Positions 1-9,655 of a stretch of 64,000 nt of DNA are shown piece after piece. The notes under the pieces were generated by a model. It saw only the letters and a list, made by a program, of their open reading frames with translations. It was not told the DNA's origin and made no database searches. Source of the stretch: Acidobacteriota bacterium (lineage in GTDB: Bacteria > Acidobacteriota > UBA6911 > JACQSX01). Positions within the stretch are counted from its first letter, which is position 1. The number at the start of each line of letters is the position of its first letter. The position numbers and the translations under genes are program-made. The stretch is taken from NCBI GenBank assembly GCA_036507075.1, contig DASXQR010000088.1, positions 2,253 through 66,252 on the forward strand. The letters are read 5' to 3'.

Positions 1-179
1 CCCTTCCTGCTCCGTGGTATTTTTCCAGTATCAATACCGGTGCACTGTAACACTTGATTCGGTACCAGTAGGAGGCAGCGCGCTCGACACCTCTCTTCGA
101 CATTCTCGAACGTCGAGACGCGGCATGCCGCTTCTCTACGGCATCGATTCAGTTGCTCCGGTGTTTTTAGGGGGGAATC

Positions 180-3100
180 ATGCGGAAACAATCAGTCAGC
201 CCTGCGACCCAATTTTTTGCCCTGAAGAAGAACAGCTTTGGCGCACAAAAGAAGAACAGCCGCTTCAAGACGAGTTGTCTATTGGCGGCTGTTGGCTTTG
301 CCATTCCTCTCTATGCTGCATCGGACGGTAAAACGAAAGCTGCTGGTTCCATCCCCGGGTTGCAGGGGGTTGATTCCGCAACCAAGCAGCGGCTGCTCAA
401 CACCTATGCCAATATCTCCCTCGGGTTTGAGCCGAATCGGGGGCAGTTCTCATCCCAGATTCGCTTTGCCGCACGCGGTCTCCATTACAGCATCTACCTG
501 GATGAAAGCGGCGTCTCGCTTCACCTGCCCGACTCAGTCAAGGCGCACCGGGATCCAAAACGCGCAGCCCTGCCCCGACCGAGCACGCCCCAAGAGAACC
601 CTGATGCGCCGCCTGCAGGTTTTCGAATTCACTTCCAGAACGCAAACCCAGCTCGGGAGCTGCGGGCGCTGGATCCGCTTCCTGGTAAATCCAATTACCT
701 CCGGGGAACCGACCAGCGACAGTGGCTCACCGACATACCCACGCATGCCCGCATTCTCTATGAAAATGTCTATCCGGGGATCAGCGTGAGATTTTCCGGC
801 GACCAGCGGAGACTTCGCTCAGAGTTTCTGCTGCAGCCCGGTTCAGATCCATCCCGGATCCGGGTTTCCTACGAAGGAGTGGAATCCCAGAGCCTGAATT
901 CTGCCGGCAGCCTGCTTCTGGCGACAAAGGGTCAAGAACTGGTGCAGCAACAGATCACGGCGTACCAGGAGACTGCCGCGAAGCGCCGGGAAATTCCGGC
1001 TCGCTACGTTCTCGGTGAGAATGGAATCGTTCAAATCAGCATCGAACCAGTCGACGCCCAGCTCCCCATTATTGCCAGCAGTACTCTTGAAATCACCAGC
1101 CAGGCGGCGCTTCCCGGACCGGTATACTCAACCCTGCTGGGCGGTCTGGGAGATGACGTTGTCGCTGGAGTCGCGGTCGACTCCAACGGCAATGCTTACG
1201 TGGTCGGCAGGACCGACTCGGTAGATTTCCGCGGCGTTCCCATTGCCAGTACCCGCGCCGGCACCGATGTATTCGTGGCCAAATTCAGTCCCATTGGCAC
1301 GCTGATTTACTCCACCATCATCGGAGGCGGCCGCGACGATGCAGGCACCGCTATCGCCGTCGATGGCAGCGGGGGCGTGGTTCTGACCGGTTTCACTGCG
1401 TCTTCAGACTGGCCCAAGGTGAATCCGACTCAAAGTACGATTGCCGGCGGGGGAGGAATTTCCAAGACCACTGATGGCGGCAATCGATGGACTGATATCA
1501 ACAGTGGCCTGAGCAATACGGCGGTTTTCGCGCTTGCCGCTGATCCCATCAACCCGAATGTGGTATACGCCGGAACCCTGGGAGGAGTATTCAAAACCAT
1601 CAACGGCGGGATGAACTGGAGCTACGTCCTGCAAAGCAGCTCCTCGCAGTTTGCTCCGACCTTCTCGCTTGCCATCAATCCTTCGAACTCGAATACGCTC
1701 TATGCGGGCTCATTTCCCGGAGTCATCTACCGCAGCGCGGACGGGGGCAGCAGTTGGGCACGTACTTCCTTAAGCGGAGTGCCTAACATTGTCACAGCGC
1801 TGGCCGTGGATCCGGCGAATACATCTGTCGTTTATGCGGGGATTTATGGATCCGGCGTGTACAAAAGTCAGGACAATGGCGTGAACTGGCTAAACACCGG
1901 TGTAATGACCAACCGAAACGTCAACGCGCTCGCCGTCGATCCGACGACGCCCGCCACACTCTATGCCGCCACGTCCGGCGGCGGCATATTCAAGAGCCTG
2001 AATAGTGCAAACACCTGGAGTGCAGCCAACACCGGCCTGGCCTCGCGCAACGTTTACGCTGTGGCTGTGAATCCCAAGACCCCGTCGACGGTTTACGCGG
2101 GAACCTTTGGAATTTACAAAAGCTCTGATTCCGCCGCTACCTGGCAGGCCTCGGGTCTTCCGTTGGAGTTTGTTTACGCTATAACCGTGAACCCCGTCTC
2201 TCCCAGTACAGTTTATGCAGGTACGACAAACGGCGTTTTCAAGAGCACGGATTCAGGCGCCACTTGGGCCGCAGTTAACAACGGCCTCACCTTTGTCGAT
2301 GTTTTCGCTCTGGTGCTCGATCCTTTCAATCCAAATACCCAGTATGTGGCCGTTGCGGCAGCCAGCGACGACGCCTTTGTAGCCAGGTTGAATTCAAGCG
2401 GAAACGCGCTGCTCTATTCTTCCTATCTGGGAGGCTCGCGCCACGAGGTGCCGACCGGAATCGCGCTTGACAGTTCCGGAAATATGTATCTGTCCGGTTA
2501 CACGGACACAGTGGACTTTTTTGGCGCGGGAGGATTTCAAAGATCGAATGCGGGAGGAATCGACACCTTTATCTCGAAACTCACCAGCACCGGCTCGACA
2601 ATTTACAGCACTTACCTGGGCGGAAGTGGAGATGATCTGGGTCTGGGCATGGCTCTGGCTGGAAATGGCGAGGTGATTGTCACCGGCTCCACCAACTCCT
2701 TGAACCTGCCCTTGGAAAAACCGCTCCGCTCCACCAATGCAGGCGGCACGGATGTTTTCGTTTCCCGACTGAATGCCGCCGGTACGGCATTGATCTACTC
2801 TACTTATGTTGGCGGCGGCGGGAACGACCGTGGTAATGCCGTCGCCGTTGACAGTTCCGGCAATGCCTACGTGACAGGATCCACGCGCTCGACAAACTTC
2901 CCGGCCGCGACTCCTTTTCAAGCGGCGAACGGCGGCGGCATGGATGCGTTTGTTTTCAAGTTGAACCCCACCGGTTCGGCGCTGGTGTACTCGACATATT
3001 TAGGCGGCAGTGGAGGGGATTCCGGAAACGGGATCACCATTGATGCAGCCGGTAATGCCTATGTTACAGGATTTACCGATGCGGTCGACTTTCCTGTAGC

Positions 3101-4586
3101 CAATGCTTTCCAGCCGCGAAAATCAGGAGGCGTGTTCAAAAGCGGCAATGCGGGGACGGCGTGGAATTTCAGCAGCAACGGGCTTTCGCATCCGGAGGTA
3201 AATGCGCTGGTGATGGATCCGTCTGATTCTTCCATTCTTTACGCCGGCACCAACGGCGGGGGAGTATTCAAGAGTGTCGACGCGGGCGCGACCTGGACGT
3301 CGATCAACAACGGACTTGGGGATCTCACGATTTATGCCTTGGCCGTGCATCCGTCGTCAAGTTCAACGTTGTATGCGGGAACATGGCGCGGAGGAATCTA
3401 CAGGTCGATCAATGCCGGCGGCAATTGGACGGCCGTCAACGCGGGCTTGACTCGAAATTCCATTTACTCGCTTGCCATAGATCCCGTCGTGCCCAGCCTC
3501 GTTTATGCGGGTTCGTTCAACAGCCTGGTGTTTAAGACCACAGACGGCGGCAATAACTGGAGTCCCGTCAGCGTCAGCTCACAGGACCTCAGCACCTATT
3601 CGCTGATCATCGACCTGAAGAATCCCAACGTTGTTTACGCCGGCACCAGCGGCGGCGGTATTTTCAAATCAAACAATGGCGGCTCCAACTGGACTGCGTT
3701 TAACTTCGGCCTGGCAAACGGAAATATCTATGGCCTGGCGATTGATCCTGTTTCAACGGCGACGATATATGCGGCAACTCCCGACGGAGTATTTAAGTCG
3801 ACCGATGGAGGGAACAGTTGGAATGCCGTCAACAACGGGTTGGGTTTTGTCGCCACCAATGGCTTTACTTTCTCAGCAACCTATACGCTGGCAGTTGACC
3901 GGGCTGCTCCGACCAATATTTACGCCGGAACTTTTGCTGGAATTTTCAAAAGTTCGAACGGCGGCGGTATTTGGGCGCCTACCGCATTCAACGGAGCGTT
4001 TATTTATGCTCCGGCGGTGCTCATGGATCCCCGAAATGCCAACAACCTTTACGTCGCCGGTTGGGGAGGAACGGAGGCATTCGTTTCAAAGCTCAATGCA
4101 AATGGCTCGGCGCTCGTTTATTCGTCATTTTTTGGCGGTATCGGGAGTGAAGTTGGAAATCGCATTGCGGTTGATACGACAGGCAATGCCTATGTTGCGG
4201 GTCTGTCCGCTTCGGGTCTGATTTCGCTGACCAATCCGACCCAATCGACATTCGGCGGAGGACTGAGCGATGCGCTGCTCTTCAAAGTTCCCGCCTTTGA
4301 CGCGCCTGTCTGCGCACTTAACTGCACGGCTACAGTTGCGGCCGCACAGAGGGTGGGTAGTGAAGCAAGCTTCGCCGCTTCAGCCACCGCCTCGGATTGC
4401 AATGGGCCGGTGACTTATCTGTGGAACTTCGGCGATGGCACGCCGACTTCAAACCTGCAGAATCCGACACACCTCTACACGGTTCCCGGCGCATACAACT
4501 GGACCCTGACGGTCCGAGCCGGAGACGTCACCTGCACCCGATCCGGAAGCATAAACATATTCTTGCCCGCACGGCGGAGGCCGTAG
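180..4586 (+). CDS. Large secreted SBBP-repeat beta-propeller protein with two inserted BNR/VPS10-like propellers and a C-terminal PKD domain
   Basis: Signal-like N-terminus; FEPNRGQ...SNYLRG N-domain; repeated AVDSxGNAYVxG / YSTYLGG (SBBP) motifs; many GVFKSxDGGxxW BNR motifs; YLWNFGDG...NPTHLY PKD motif. Confidence 0.88.
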   Translation: MRKQSVSPATQFFALKKNSFGAQKKNSRFKTSCLLAAVGFAIPLYAASDGKTKAAGSIPGLQGVDSATKQRLLNTYANISLGFEPNRGQFSSQIRFAARGLHYSIYLDESGVSLHLPDSVKAHRDPKRAALPRPSTPQENPDAPPAGFRIHFQNANPARELRALDPLPGKSNYLRGTDQRQWLTDIPTHARILYENVYPGISVRFSGDQRRLRSEFLLQPGSDPSRIRVSYEGVESQSLNSAGSLLLATKGQELVQQQITAYQETAAKRREIPARYVLGENGIVQISIEPVDAQLPIIASSTLEITSQAALPGPVYSTLLGGLGDDVVAGVAVDSNGNAYVVGRTDSVDFRGVPIASTRAGTDVFVAKFSPIGTLIYSTIIGGGRDDAGTAIAVDGSGGVVLTGFTASSDWPKVNPTQSTIAGGGGISKTTDGGNRWTDINSGLSNTAVFALAADPINPNVVYAGTLGGVFKTINGGMNWSYVLQSSSSQFAPTFSLAINPSNSNTLYAGSFPGVIYRSADGGSSWARTSLSGVPNIVTALAVDPANTSVVYAGIYGSGVYKSQDNGVNWLNTGVMTNRNVNALAVDPTTPATLYAATSGGGIFKSLNSANTWSAANTGLASRNVYAVAVNPKTPSTVYAGTFGIYKSSDSAATWQASGLPLEFVYAITVNPVSPSTVYAGTTNGVFKSTDSGATWAAVNNGLTFVDVFALVLDPFNPNTQYVAVAAASDDAFVARLNSSGNALLYSSYLGGSRHEVPTGIALDSSGNMYLSGYTDTVDFFGAGGFQRSNAGGIDTFISKLTSTGSTIYSTYLGGSGDDLGLGMALAGNGEVIVTGSTNSLNLPLEKPLRSTNAGGTDVFVSRLNAAGTALIYSTYVGGGGNDRGNAVAVDSSGNAYVTGSTRSTNFPAATPFQAANGGGMDAFVFKLNPTGSALVYSTYLGGSGGDSGNGITIDAAGNAYVTGFTDAVDFPVANAFQPRKSGGVFKSGNAGTAWNFSSNGLSHPEVNALVMDPSDSSILYAGTNGGGVFKSVDAGATWTSINNGLGDLTIYALAVHPSSSSTLYAGTWRGGIYRSINAGGNWTAVNAGLTRNSIYSLAIDPVVPSLVYAGSFNSLVFKTTDGGNNWSPVSVSSQDLSTYSLIIDLKNPNVVYAGTSGGGIFKSNNGGSNWTAFNFGLANGNIYGLAIDPVSTATIYAATPDGVFKSTDGGNSWNAVNNGLGFVATNGFTFSATYTLAVDRAAPTNIYAGTFAGIFKSSNGGGIWAPTAFNGAFIYAPAVLMDPRNANNLYVAGWGGTEAFVSKLNANGSALVYSSFFGGIGSEVGNRIAVDTTGNAYVAGLSASGLISLTNPTQSTFGGGLSDALLFKVPAFDAPVCALNCTATVAAAQRVGSEASFAASATASDCNGPVTYLWNFGDGTPTSNLQNPTHLYTVPGAYNWTLTVRAGDVTCTRSGSINIFLPARRRP

Positions 4587-4706
4587 CGGGTTAATTTCTA
4601 CCTGCTTTAGCCGATTTTGGAGGCATCGACACAAGCTTTGGTTTGGGTTCTGGAAATGTCGGTCTGGTAGCGCATCCAGAATTTCGCCGCCAACTCGTAC
4701 ATGTGC

Positions 4707-4784
4707 TCAAAGAATTTCCTCAGCTGCATGGAGCGTAATTGCCCCCACCATCAGAACTGCCATCAGAACAAAACGTGTTTTCAT
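4707..4784 (-). pseudogene. Remnant of a secreted-protein gene (signal peptide only, MKTRFVLMAVLMVGAITLHAAEEIL*)
   Basis: Strong SD (AAAGGAGAAG) before the ATG at 4784; signal-peptide-like sequence ends in TGA after 25 aa. Confidence 0.4.
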
Positions 4785-4933
4785 AGGCTTCTCCTTTGAA
4801 TTTTGCCTTTTTGTGATCTAGAGACGAAGAAGCCCTGCGAAAATCGACAAATTGTTGCACATAAAAATTGTTGCGATAGAACTCCTCAACCGCAATTCAA
4901 TTCCGCTGATTTGTTTACATGGGCGCCTCCGTA

Positions 4934-4990
4934 ATGATACTTTTAACGCACAAAGTATCATAGTGTACGGGCAGCAGAACTAAAGTATCA
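4934..4990 (+). promoter_or_regulatory. Palindromic operator upstream of fic
   Basis: ATGATACTTT-N8-AAAGTATCAT perfect 10-bp inverted repeat (4934-4961) plus an extra half-site AAAGTATCA at 4982-4990. Confidence 0.6.
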
Positions 4991-4995
4991 CTGAA

Positions 4996-6174
4996 ATGCA
5001 ACCAACTGATTTTACGAAGGATATGTGGGGCCGGATATGCCGGAGTAGAACCGGTTACCACTATTTCGTTCCTCTTCCGCTCCCGCCATCCCTAAACCCA
5101 ACCTGGGAACTGACGCAAAGACTTTCACAAGCAGATCGAACTCTGAGTGAACTGGCAGGGACCGCGCGAAACCTCCCGAATCTAAATCTTCTTATTGGGC
5201 CCTTTATCCGGCGTGAAGCCGTTCTGTCCAGCCGCATTGAGGGAACAGAGGCATCACTTTCGGACTTGTTTTTCTTCGAAGCGGCAGGTCCTGCGTGGCC
5301 AGCGGCAGAACGTCCTTCCGACGTTGTTGAGGTCGCTAATTATGTGCGCGCCATGGAGTATGGCCTCAAGCGGCTTAACGAACTTCCTCTGAGCCTGAGA
5401 CTGATACGTGAGCTACACGCGAAACTCATGGAAGGCGTGCGCGGGGATCACCTCACGCCCGGCGAATTCAGAAGGTCTCAGAACTGGATCGGACCGGCCG
5501 GCTGTACGTTGGCGGACGCAGCGTATGTGCCGCCGCCGGTAAAAGAGATGAGCGAGGCACTCGACAAGTTCGAGAAGTATCTTCATCAGGAATCACGCTT
5601 GCCGCCGCTGGTTCGGATCGCTTTGGTACATTATCAGTTTGAAGCGATTCATCCCTTTCTAGACGGCAACGGGCGCATCGGGCGGCTGCTCATTTCGCTG
5701 CTTTTGTGTCATGAAGGACTGCTCGCGCAACCACTCCTCTACCTGAGCGCTTATTTCGAACGAAACCGCCCGGAGTACTACCGTCGGCTGCTGGCCGTGA
5801 GTCAATCAGGTCAATGGTCGGAATGGATTCACTTTTTCCTTGCGGGTATAGCCCAGCAATCGCGAGACGCGATCTGGAGGACCGGAAAACTTCTGGATTT
5901 ATGGCAGTCCTATCGGAGGAAGTTGCAGCTGGCCAGATCCTCTGCGCTGCTGATGCGATTGGTCGATGACTTATTTGAATACCCGGTGATCAGCATCTCC
6001 CAGGCCCGCGCCCGCCTTGGAATCACCCATCGCTCTGCCGCCCTGAACGTACAAAAAATGGTCGACGCCGGTATCTTGACCGAGGTGACCGGGCGACAGC
6101 GTTACCGGCTGTTTTTAGCGCGCGGAATTCTCGGGGTAATTGATGAGGAAAGGAAAGAGGATAGTTTAACTTAG
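4996..6174 (+). CDS. Fic family protein (class II, with C-terminal HTH)
   Basis: Canonical HPFLDGNGRIGR motif; inhibitory SSRIEG motif; C-terminal HTH-like segment. Confidence 0.93.
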   Translation: MQPTDFTKDMWGRICRSRTGYHYFVPLPLPPSLNPTWELTQRLSQADRTLSELAGTARNLPNLNLLIGPFIRREAVLSSRIEGTEASLSDLFFFEAAGPAWPAAERPSDVVEVANYVRAMEYGLKRLNELPLSLRLIRELHAKLMEGVRGDHLTPGEFRRSQNWIGPAGCTLADAAYVPPPVKEMSEALDKFEKYLHQESRLPPLVRIALVHYQFEAIHPFLDGNGRIGRLLISLLLCHEGLLAQPLLYLSAYFERNRPEYYRRLLAVSQSGQWSEWIHFFLAGIAQQSRDAIWRTGKLLDLWQSYRRKLQLARSSALLMRLVDDLFEYPVISISQARARLGITHRSAALNVQKMVDAGILTEVTGRQRYRLFLARGILGVIDEERKEDSLT

Positions 6175-6273
6175 GGAGGGAGTTTTGGCGGTCCGACCCT
6201 CTCGCTGCCGCCCGGCCGCGCGCTTGAAAAAACCCTCTTTGTCCGTTTCGGCGGTTTGTGTTGAAATCTCAGC

Positions 6274-6708
6274 ATGCGGGAAAAAAGATTGCTGCGCATC
6301 ACCAGCCTGCTTGCTTGGGGGGCGTTGTGTCTCGGGATCAATACGGTTTACGCGGCTGATGATCTTTCTTCGCTCAGCGATGAGTTCAAAAGTGTTTCCA
6401 CTCTTGCGTTATGGCAGCGGATTTATAGCGTGGAAGGGTGGAATGCCGATCAGCTCGAACTTCTCGACATCAACGCTACGCGTCCAGGGATGATGGTGAT
6501 GATGCCGTACACGAGTACCTGGTTCAACTACTACCGCGGCGAGTTGACGTTTAGGGAGGTCGAAGGCGATTTCGTCGTCACCACCGAGGTGGAGGTGAGC
6601 CGCCGGGGAGGATCGGGACCTCCACGGTCGCAATATTCTCTCGGAGGTGTTGCGGACGGCAGTCTGCAGCCTGTTGGCCTTGGAGGCAGAGCCTCGGAAA
6701 GTCGGTAG
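6274..6708 (+). pseudogene. Probably 3'-truncated secreted protein (concanavalin/beta-sandwich-like)
   Basis: Signal peptide, LSDEF and GDFVVTTEVEV...YSLGG segments; the frame then runs into a REP-containing tract at ~6645 and stops. Confidence 0.5.
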
Positions 6709-6713
6709 TGATG

Positions 6714-6739
6714 GTCGACGGCGAGGCCGAGCCTCGCCG
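6714..6739. repeat. REP-like hairpin GTCGACGGCGAGGC(C/A)GAGCCTCGCC; second copy inverted at 14701-14726
   Basis: Two near-identical 26-nt palindromic copies. Confidence 0.7.
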
Positions 6740-6812
6740 CCAGAGACAAGCGGCAGAGCCGCTGTCATTTCTGCCGAGTTGTGAGACAGCCTCGGAAGCC
6801 AGCGGCGTGCTG

Positions 6813-7190
6813 CTACTCAACTTTTCCCAGATCCAGGGTTGCCTTCAGGGTGCGGCCGTCTTTTTCAGCCTTGGCTTCGCCTTTGATCCGGCCGTCGACC
6901 ACCTGAAGATCGAATTTCATCAACGGTTCATCGGTTTGAACCTCAAAGGTGATCCTGGTGCCGTCGATTTTGCCGTTCCGAATCGCCCATTGCTTCTCTT
7001 CGTTTGGACCCGCTGTGCCGGTGATTTCCGAGCCTTCCTGCTTGAGTTTGAGAAAAGCCTTATCTTGGCGCGTTTCACCTTCAGGGTTCGTGGTGACAAA
7101 ACTGCCGGACCACTTGCCCGAGATGTCAGCGCCCAGAAGAACGAGCGATGAAAGTGCCACACAAAGAATCGTTGCCGCTGATTTCTTCAT
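6813..7190 (-). CDS. Small secreted beta-rich protein
   Basis: Signal peptide; ADISGKWSG...LKQEGSEITGT pattern; SD GAGGA. Confidence 0.8.
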   Translation of the reverse strand: MKKSAATILCVALSSLVLLGADISGKWSGSFVTTNPEGETRQDKAFLKLKQEGSEITGTAGPNEEKQWAIRNGKIDGTRITFEVQTDEPLMKFDLQVVDGRIKGEAKAEKDGRTLKATLDLGKVE

Positions 7191-7364
7191 GAAAATCCTC
7201 CATAGTTAGCAAATTAGTACGTTTTCGACGCCGTTTTGTTCCGGCATAAATGAAAAAAACTGCCACCCATCGGCTAATGTGGAATGCGGAATAGGATTTG
7301 AGTTTGATCTCGGCTTTCCGCTTGGCAGCCTGGTCGTCATATGCTGATGTGGAAAGTCACATTC

Positions 7365-7458
7365 TTCACCGCAGAGGCGCAGAGGACGCAGAGAATGCGC
7401 AGAGTTTCGTTTACATGTCTCTGCGCAACCTCTGCGTTCTCTGCGCCTCTGCGGTGAA
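7365..7458. repeat. Inverted 8/9-mer array hairpin (CGCAGAG type)
   Basis: TTCACCGCAGAGGCGCAGAGGACGCAGAG ... CTCTGCGTTCTCTGCGCCTCTGCGGTGAA. Confidence 0.9.
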
Positions 7459-7519
7459 GGAATGCAGGCGCCAGACAAAACAAGGCCGGAACCGCGAAGG
7501 CGCGAAAGCGCTGAAGTGG

Positions 7520-8134
7520 TCAGGACTTTTTGACGATAATCTCAACGCGCCGGTTTTTCTGGCGTCCTTCAGGGTCGTCCTTGCCGTCGGGGCGGGTATT
7601 TGACGCAACCGGTTTGGCCGCTCCCCATCCGCGGGTTGTCATGCTGGTTGCCACGCCGTTGGAGGCGAGCCATTTTTTCACCGAGTCGGCGCGCCGCTCG
7701 GAGAGTCGCTGGTTGTAAGGCTTGCTGCCCAGGTTATCTGTGTGGCCCTCAATGGAACAAGTCGCATTCTGCTGGGCCTTCAGGACTGTAGCCACCTTTT
7801 CCAGAGCCGGTACAGCCTGCGACCGGAGCTCGGCCTTGTCAAAATCAAACAAAACGTCGCTGGACAGTTCGATGCGAATTTCTGTGTCCGTCGTTTTGGC
7901 TCCCAGGTCCTTCAGCGCTGCGCTGACCTGCTCGGCTTTACCGCTCACAGCCGCGGCCAGGCCTTTGATTTCTAGAACCTTGCCTTGAATGGGCAGGACC
8001 TTTCCGCGCGCGCCCGGCGGAATGGGATCCTCCAGCTTGTATTTCTGCGCAAAGGCGGAAGTGGACCCAGCCAGCAGGGCGGCCAGAATAAATAAAAGGT
8101 AGGAAAACCGGGCCCGCCTTTCCAGGTCGTTCAA
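7520..8134 (-). CDS. OmpA family peptidoglycan-binding protein
   Basis: VLFDFDKA, IEGHTD, NQRLSERRA and NRRVEI motifs; probable TTG start at 8134 after SD GAGGAGG. Confidence 0.9.
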   Translation of the reverse strand: MNDLERRARFSYLLFILAALLAGSTSAFAQKYKLEDPIPPGARGKVLPIQGKVLEIKGLAAAVSGKAEQVSAALKDLGAKTTDTEIRIELSSDVLFDFDKAELRSQAVPALEKVATVLKAQQNATCSIEGHTDNLGSKPYNQRLSERRADSVKKWLASNGVATSMTTRGWGAAKPVASNTRPDGKDDPEGRQKNRRVEIIVKKS

Positions 8135-8144
8135 ATCGGCCTCC

Positions 8145-8741
8145 TCATTGCGACACCGGAACATCCTCGAACGGCGCAAACTTGGGAATGTTTACACTGA
8201 TTTTGGTCGAGGTGGCTGGAGGCGCTGGGAACTTTGCCCAGTTCAACCGCTGTTGCCCGGCTGGAAGCGAGCCCCAGAAAACCTCTAGGATCTTGTTTCC
8301 TTCTGCGTCCGTCAGGAAGCCGTACTTTTTGTTTTCCGCCGGATCAATGTAATAGATCTCATTCCAGTTGAAGTCGTAGTAGATGGATTTGGGCTGCGAT
8401 GCGGCCAGATCACCGGCCTTCTGACCGCCTGCGGTATTGGTCACTCTCCACTTGATAGCCACCGCCCCGCCGCTGACGCGTTTGACTTCCAGCAGATCAC
8501 ATCTCAAATCAGGATCCGCAGAATACTGGGCGCTCGCAATCGCCGTTGCAGAAGCCGGCTGTACCGGTGCGGGCGCAGGCGCAGATGCTGCGGGAGCCGT
8601 CGTCGCCCCGGAAGTCGCAGCTGGCGAAGCTGCAGCGGGCTGGGCGGCATCACTTGCCGGTTTCTGGCAGGCAACCAACAGGGTCAACGCCGCTGCTAAG
8701 AAGATGAAATGCCAAAGTCCAATCGCTCGATGAGAGCCCAT
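8145..8741 (-). CDS. Lipoprotein co-transcribed with the OmpA-family gene
   Basis: Lipobox LVAC; Ala/Pro linker; C-terminal WAKFPAPP...FEDVPV domain. Confidence 0.8.
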   Translation of the reverse strand: MGSHRAIGLWHFIFLAAALTLLVACQKPASDAAQPAAASPAATSGATTAPAASAPAPAPVQPASATAIASAQYSADPDLRCDLLEVKRVSGGAVAIKWRVTNTAGGQKAGDLAASQPKSIYYDFNWNEIYYIDPAENKKYGFLTDAEGNKILEVFWGSLPAGQQRLNWAKFPAPPATSTKISVNIPKFAPFEDVPVSQ

Positions 8742-8843
8742 AAGTTTTCCCCCCGATGTTGACTCCCGAAATCCTAGGCTTGATTGGTCATCGAATTCAA
8801 CTAGAAAGAGGCTGGCATGCAGCGTCACTACGCGAAAAGTCAA

Positions 8844-8867
8844 AGAGACGGCCAGCGGGCCGTCTCT
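8844..8867. repeat. REP/terminator-like hairpin AGAGACGGCC-N4-GGCCGTCTCT (same family as 46241-46333)
   Basis: Perfect 10-bp stem. Confidence 0.6.
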
Positions 8868-8896
8868 CCTGGGATCGAATCAAATGTTACAGTGCA

Positions 8897-9394
8897 CTAA
8901 GGCATCGGGGCTGAAACGTGCTCATGGACAATGAGCCAGTCATTTCCCCGTTTCTCCCACACGACGGTCCAGCGGCCGTCGAACTTGTCGACGCCGCCCG
9001 CATTTTTGGTCAACTCACAGTGCCATGTCGTGGTCCCCCATGTAAGGTTGCCGCTGCGATGAATCTTAGAATCATCTGCCACTGTGAACTTGCCAGAGCT
9101 GTAATCTGCCAGGACTTTTACCACACCGGCTGCGTATTCCGACCAGCCGGTGTATTTCAGCGGAGCAAGGTCAAAATATACGTTGCCGGCGTCCTTGGCA
9201 TAGAAGGGCGCCGCCTTTTCCGGATTGAGCGTCTCCCAGGCCGCCAGGGTTTTCCGCATCAGTCCTTTGAAATCGACTTGTCCCGCCGCTTGCGTCTTTT
9301 TTGAAGCGTGCGCGTCCTTTTGCACGGGCTCGGCAGAGAGAACCGTCCCCAACAATCCAAAAACCAACCAAAGCAAACCGAGTCGCTTTTTCAT
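8897..9394 (-). CDS. Secreted NTF2/SnoaL-like (DUF4440) protein
   Basis: Signal peptide; GRWTVVWEKRGNDWLIVHEHVS; SD GAGGAGG. Confidence 0.85.
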   Translation of the reverse strand: MKKRLGLLWLVFGLLGTVLSAEPVQKDAHASKKTQAAGQVDFKGLMRKTLAAWETLNPEKAAPFYAKDAGNVYFDLAPLKYTGWSEYAAGVVKVLADYSSGKFTVADDSKIHRSGNLTWGTTTWHCELTKNAGGVDKFDGRWTVVWEKRGNDWLIVHEHVSAPMP

Positions 9395-9494
9395 GTCATC
9401 CTCCTCTGTGCAATTCAGCCGTTGATGTTTTCTCAAGCGTACTACTGTAGCTTATTGTTTGCCAGACGCTGCTCGGACAATTATTCAAAAACAT

Positions 9495-9562
9495 TAACCG
9501 CGAAGAGCGCTAAGAACGCTAAGACAAAGGCTCTTGGTGTTCTTGGCGTTCTTTGCGGTGAG
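9495..9562. repeat. Inverted 9-mer array hairpin (CGCxAAGAA type)
   Basis: TAACCGCGAAGAGCGCTAAGAACGCTAAG ... CTTGGTGTTCTTGGCGTTCTTTGCGGTGA. Confidence 0.85.
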
Positions 9563-9575
9563 TTTTTGATAGATC

Positions 9576-9606
9576 GAGGGTCCGCTTGCTTACGCGCGCG
9601 GCTCGG
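9576..9606. repeat. REP-like 31-mer GAGGGTCCGCTTGCTTACGCGCGCGG(C/T)TCGG; further copies at 29806-29836 (inverted), 30000-30016 (partial), 52747-52777 and 58959-58979 (inverted, partial)
   Basis: Direct sequence comparison of five copies. Confidence 0.85.
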
Positions 9607-9655
9607 ATTATGGTAACAGGCGCGCGGATTTGAATCACAGGGAGTGAGATACGGA

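Noticed and set aside
4707-4709. TGA in the short signal-peptide ORF as selenocysteine
   Set aside because: No redox motif context and no convincing SECIS hairpin downstream
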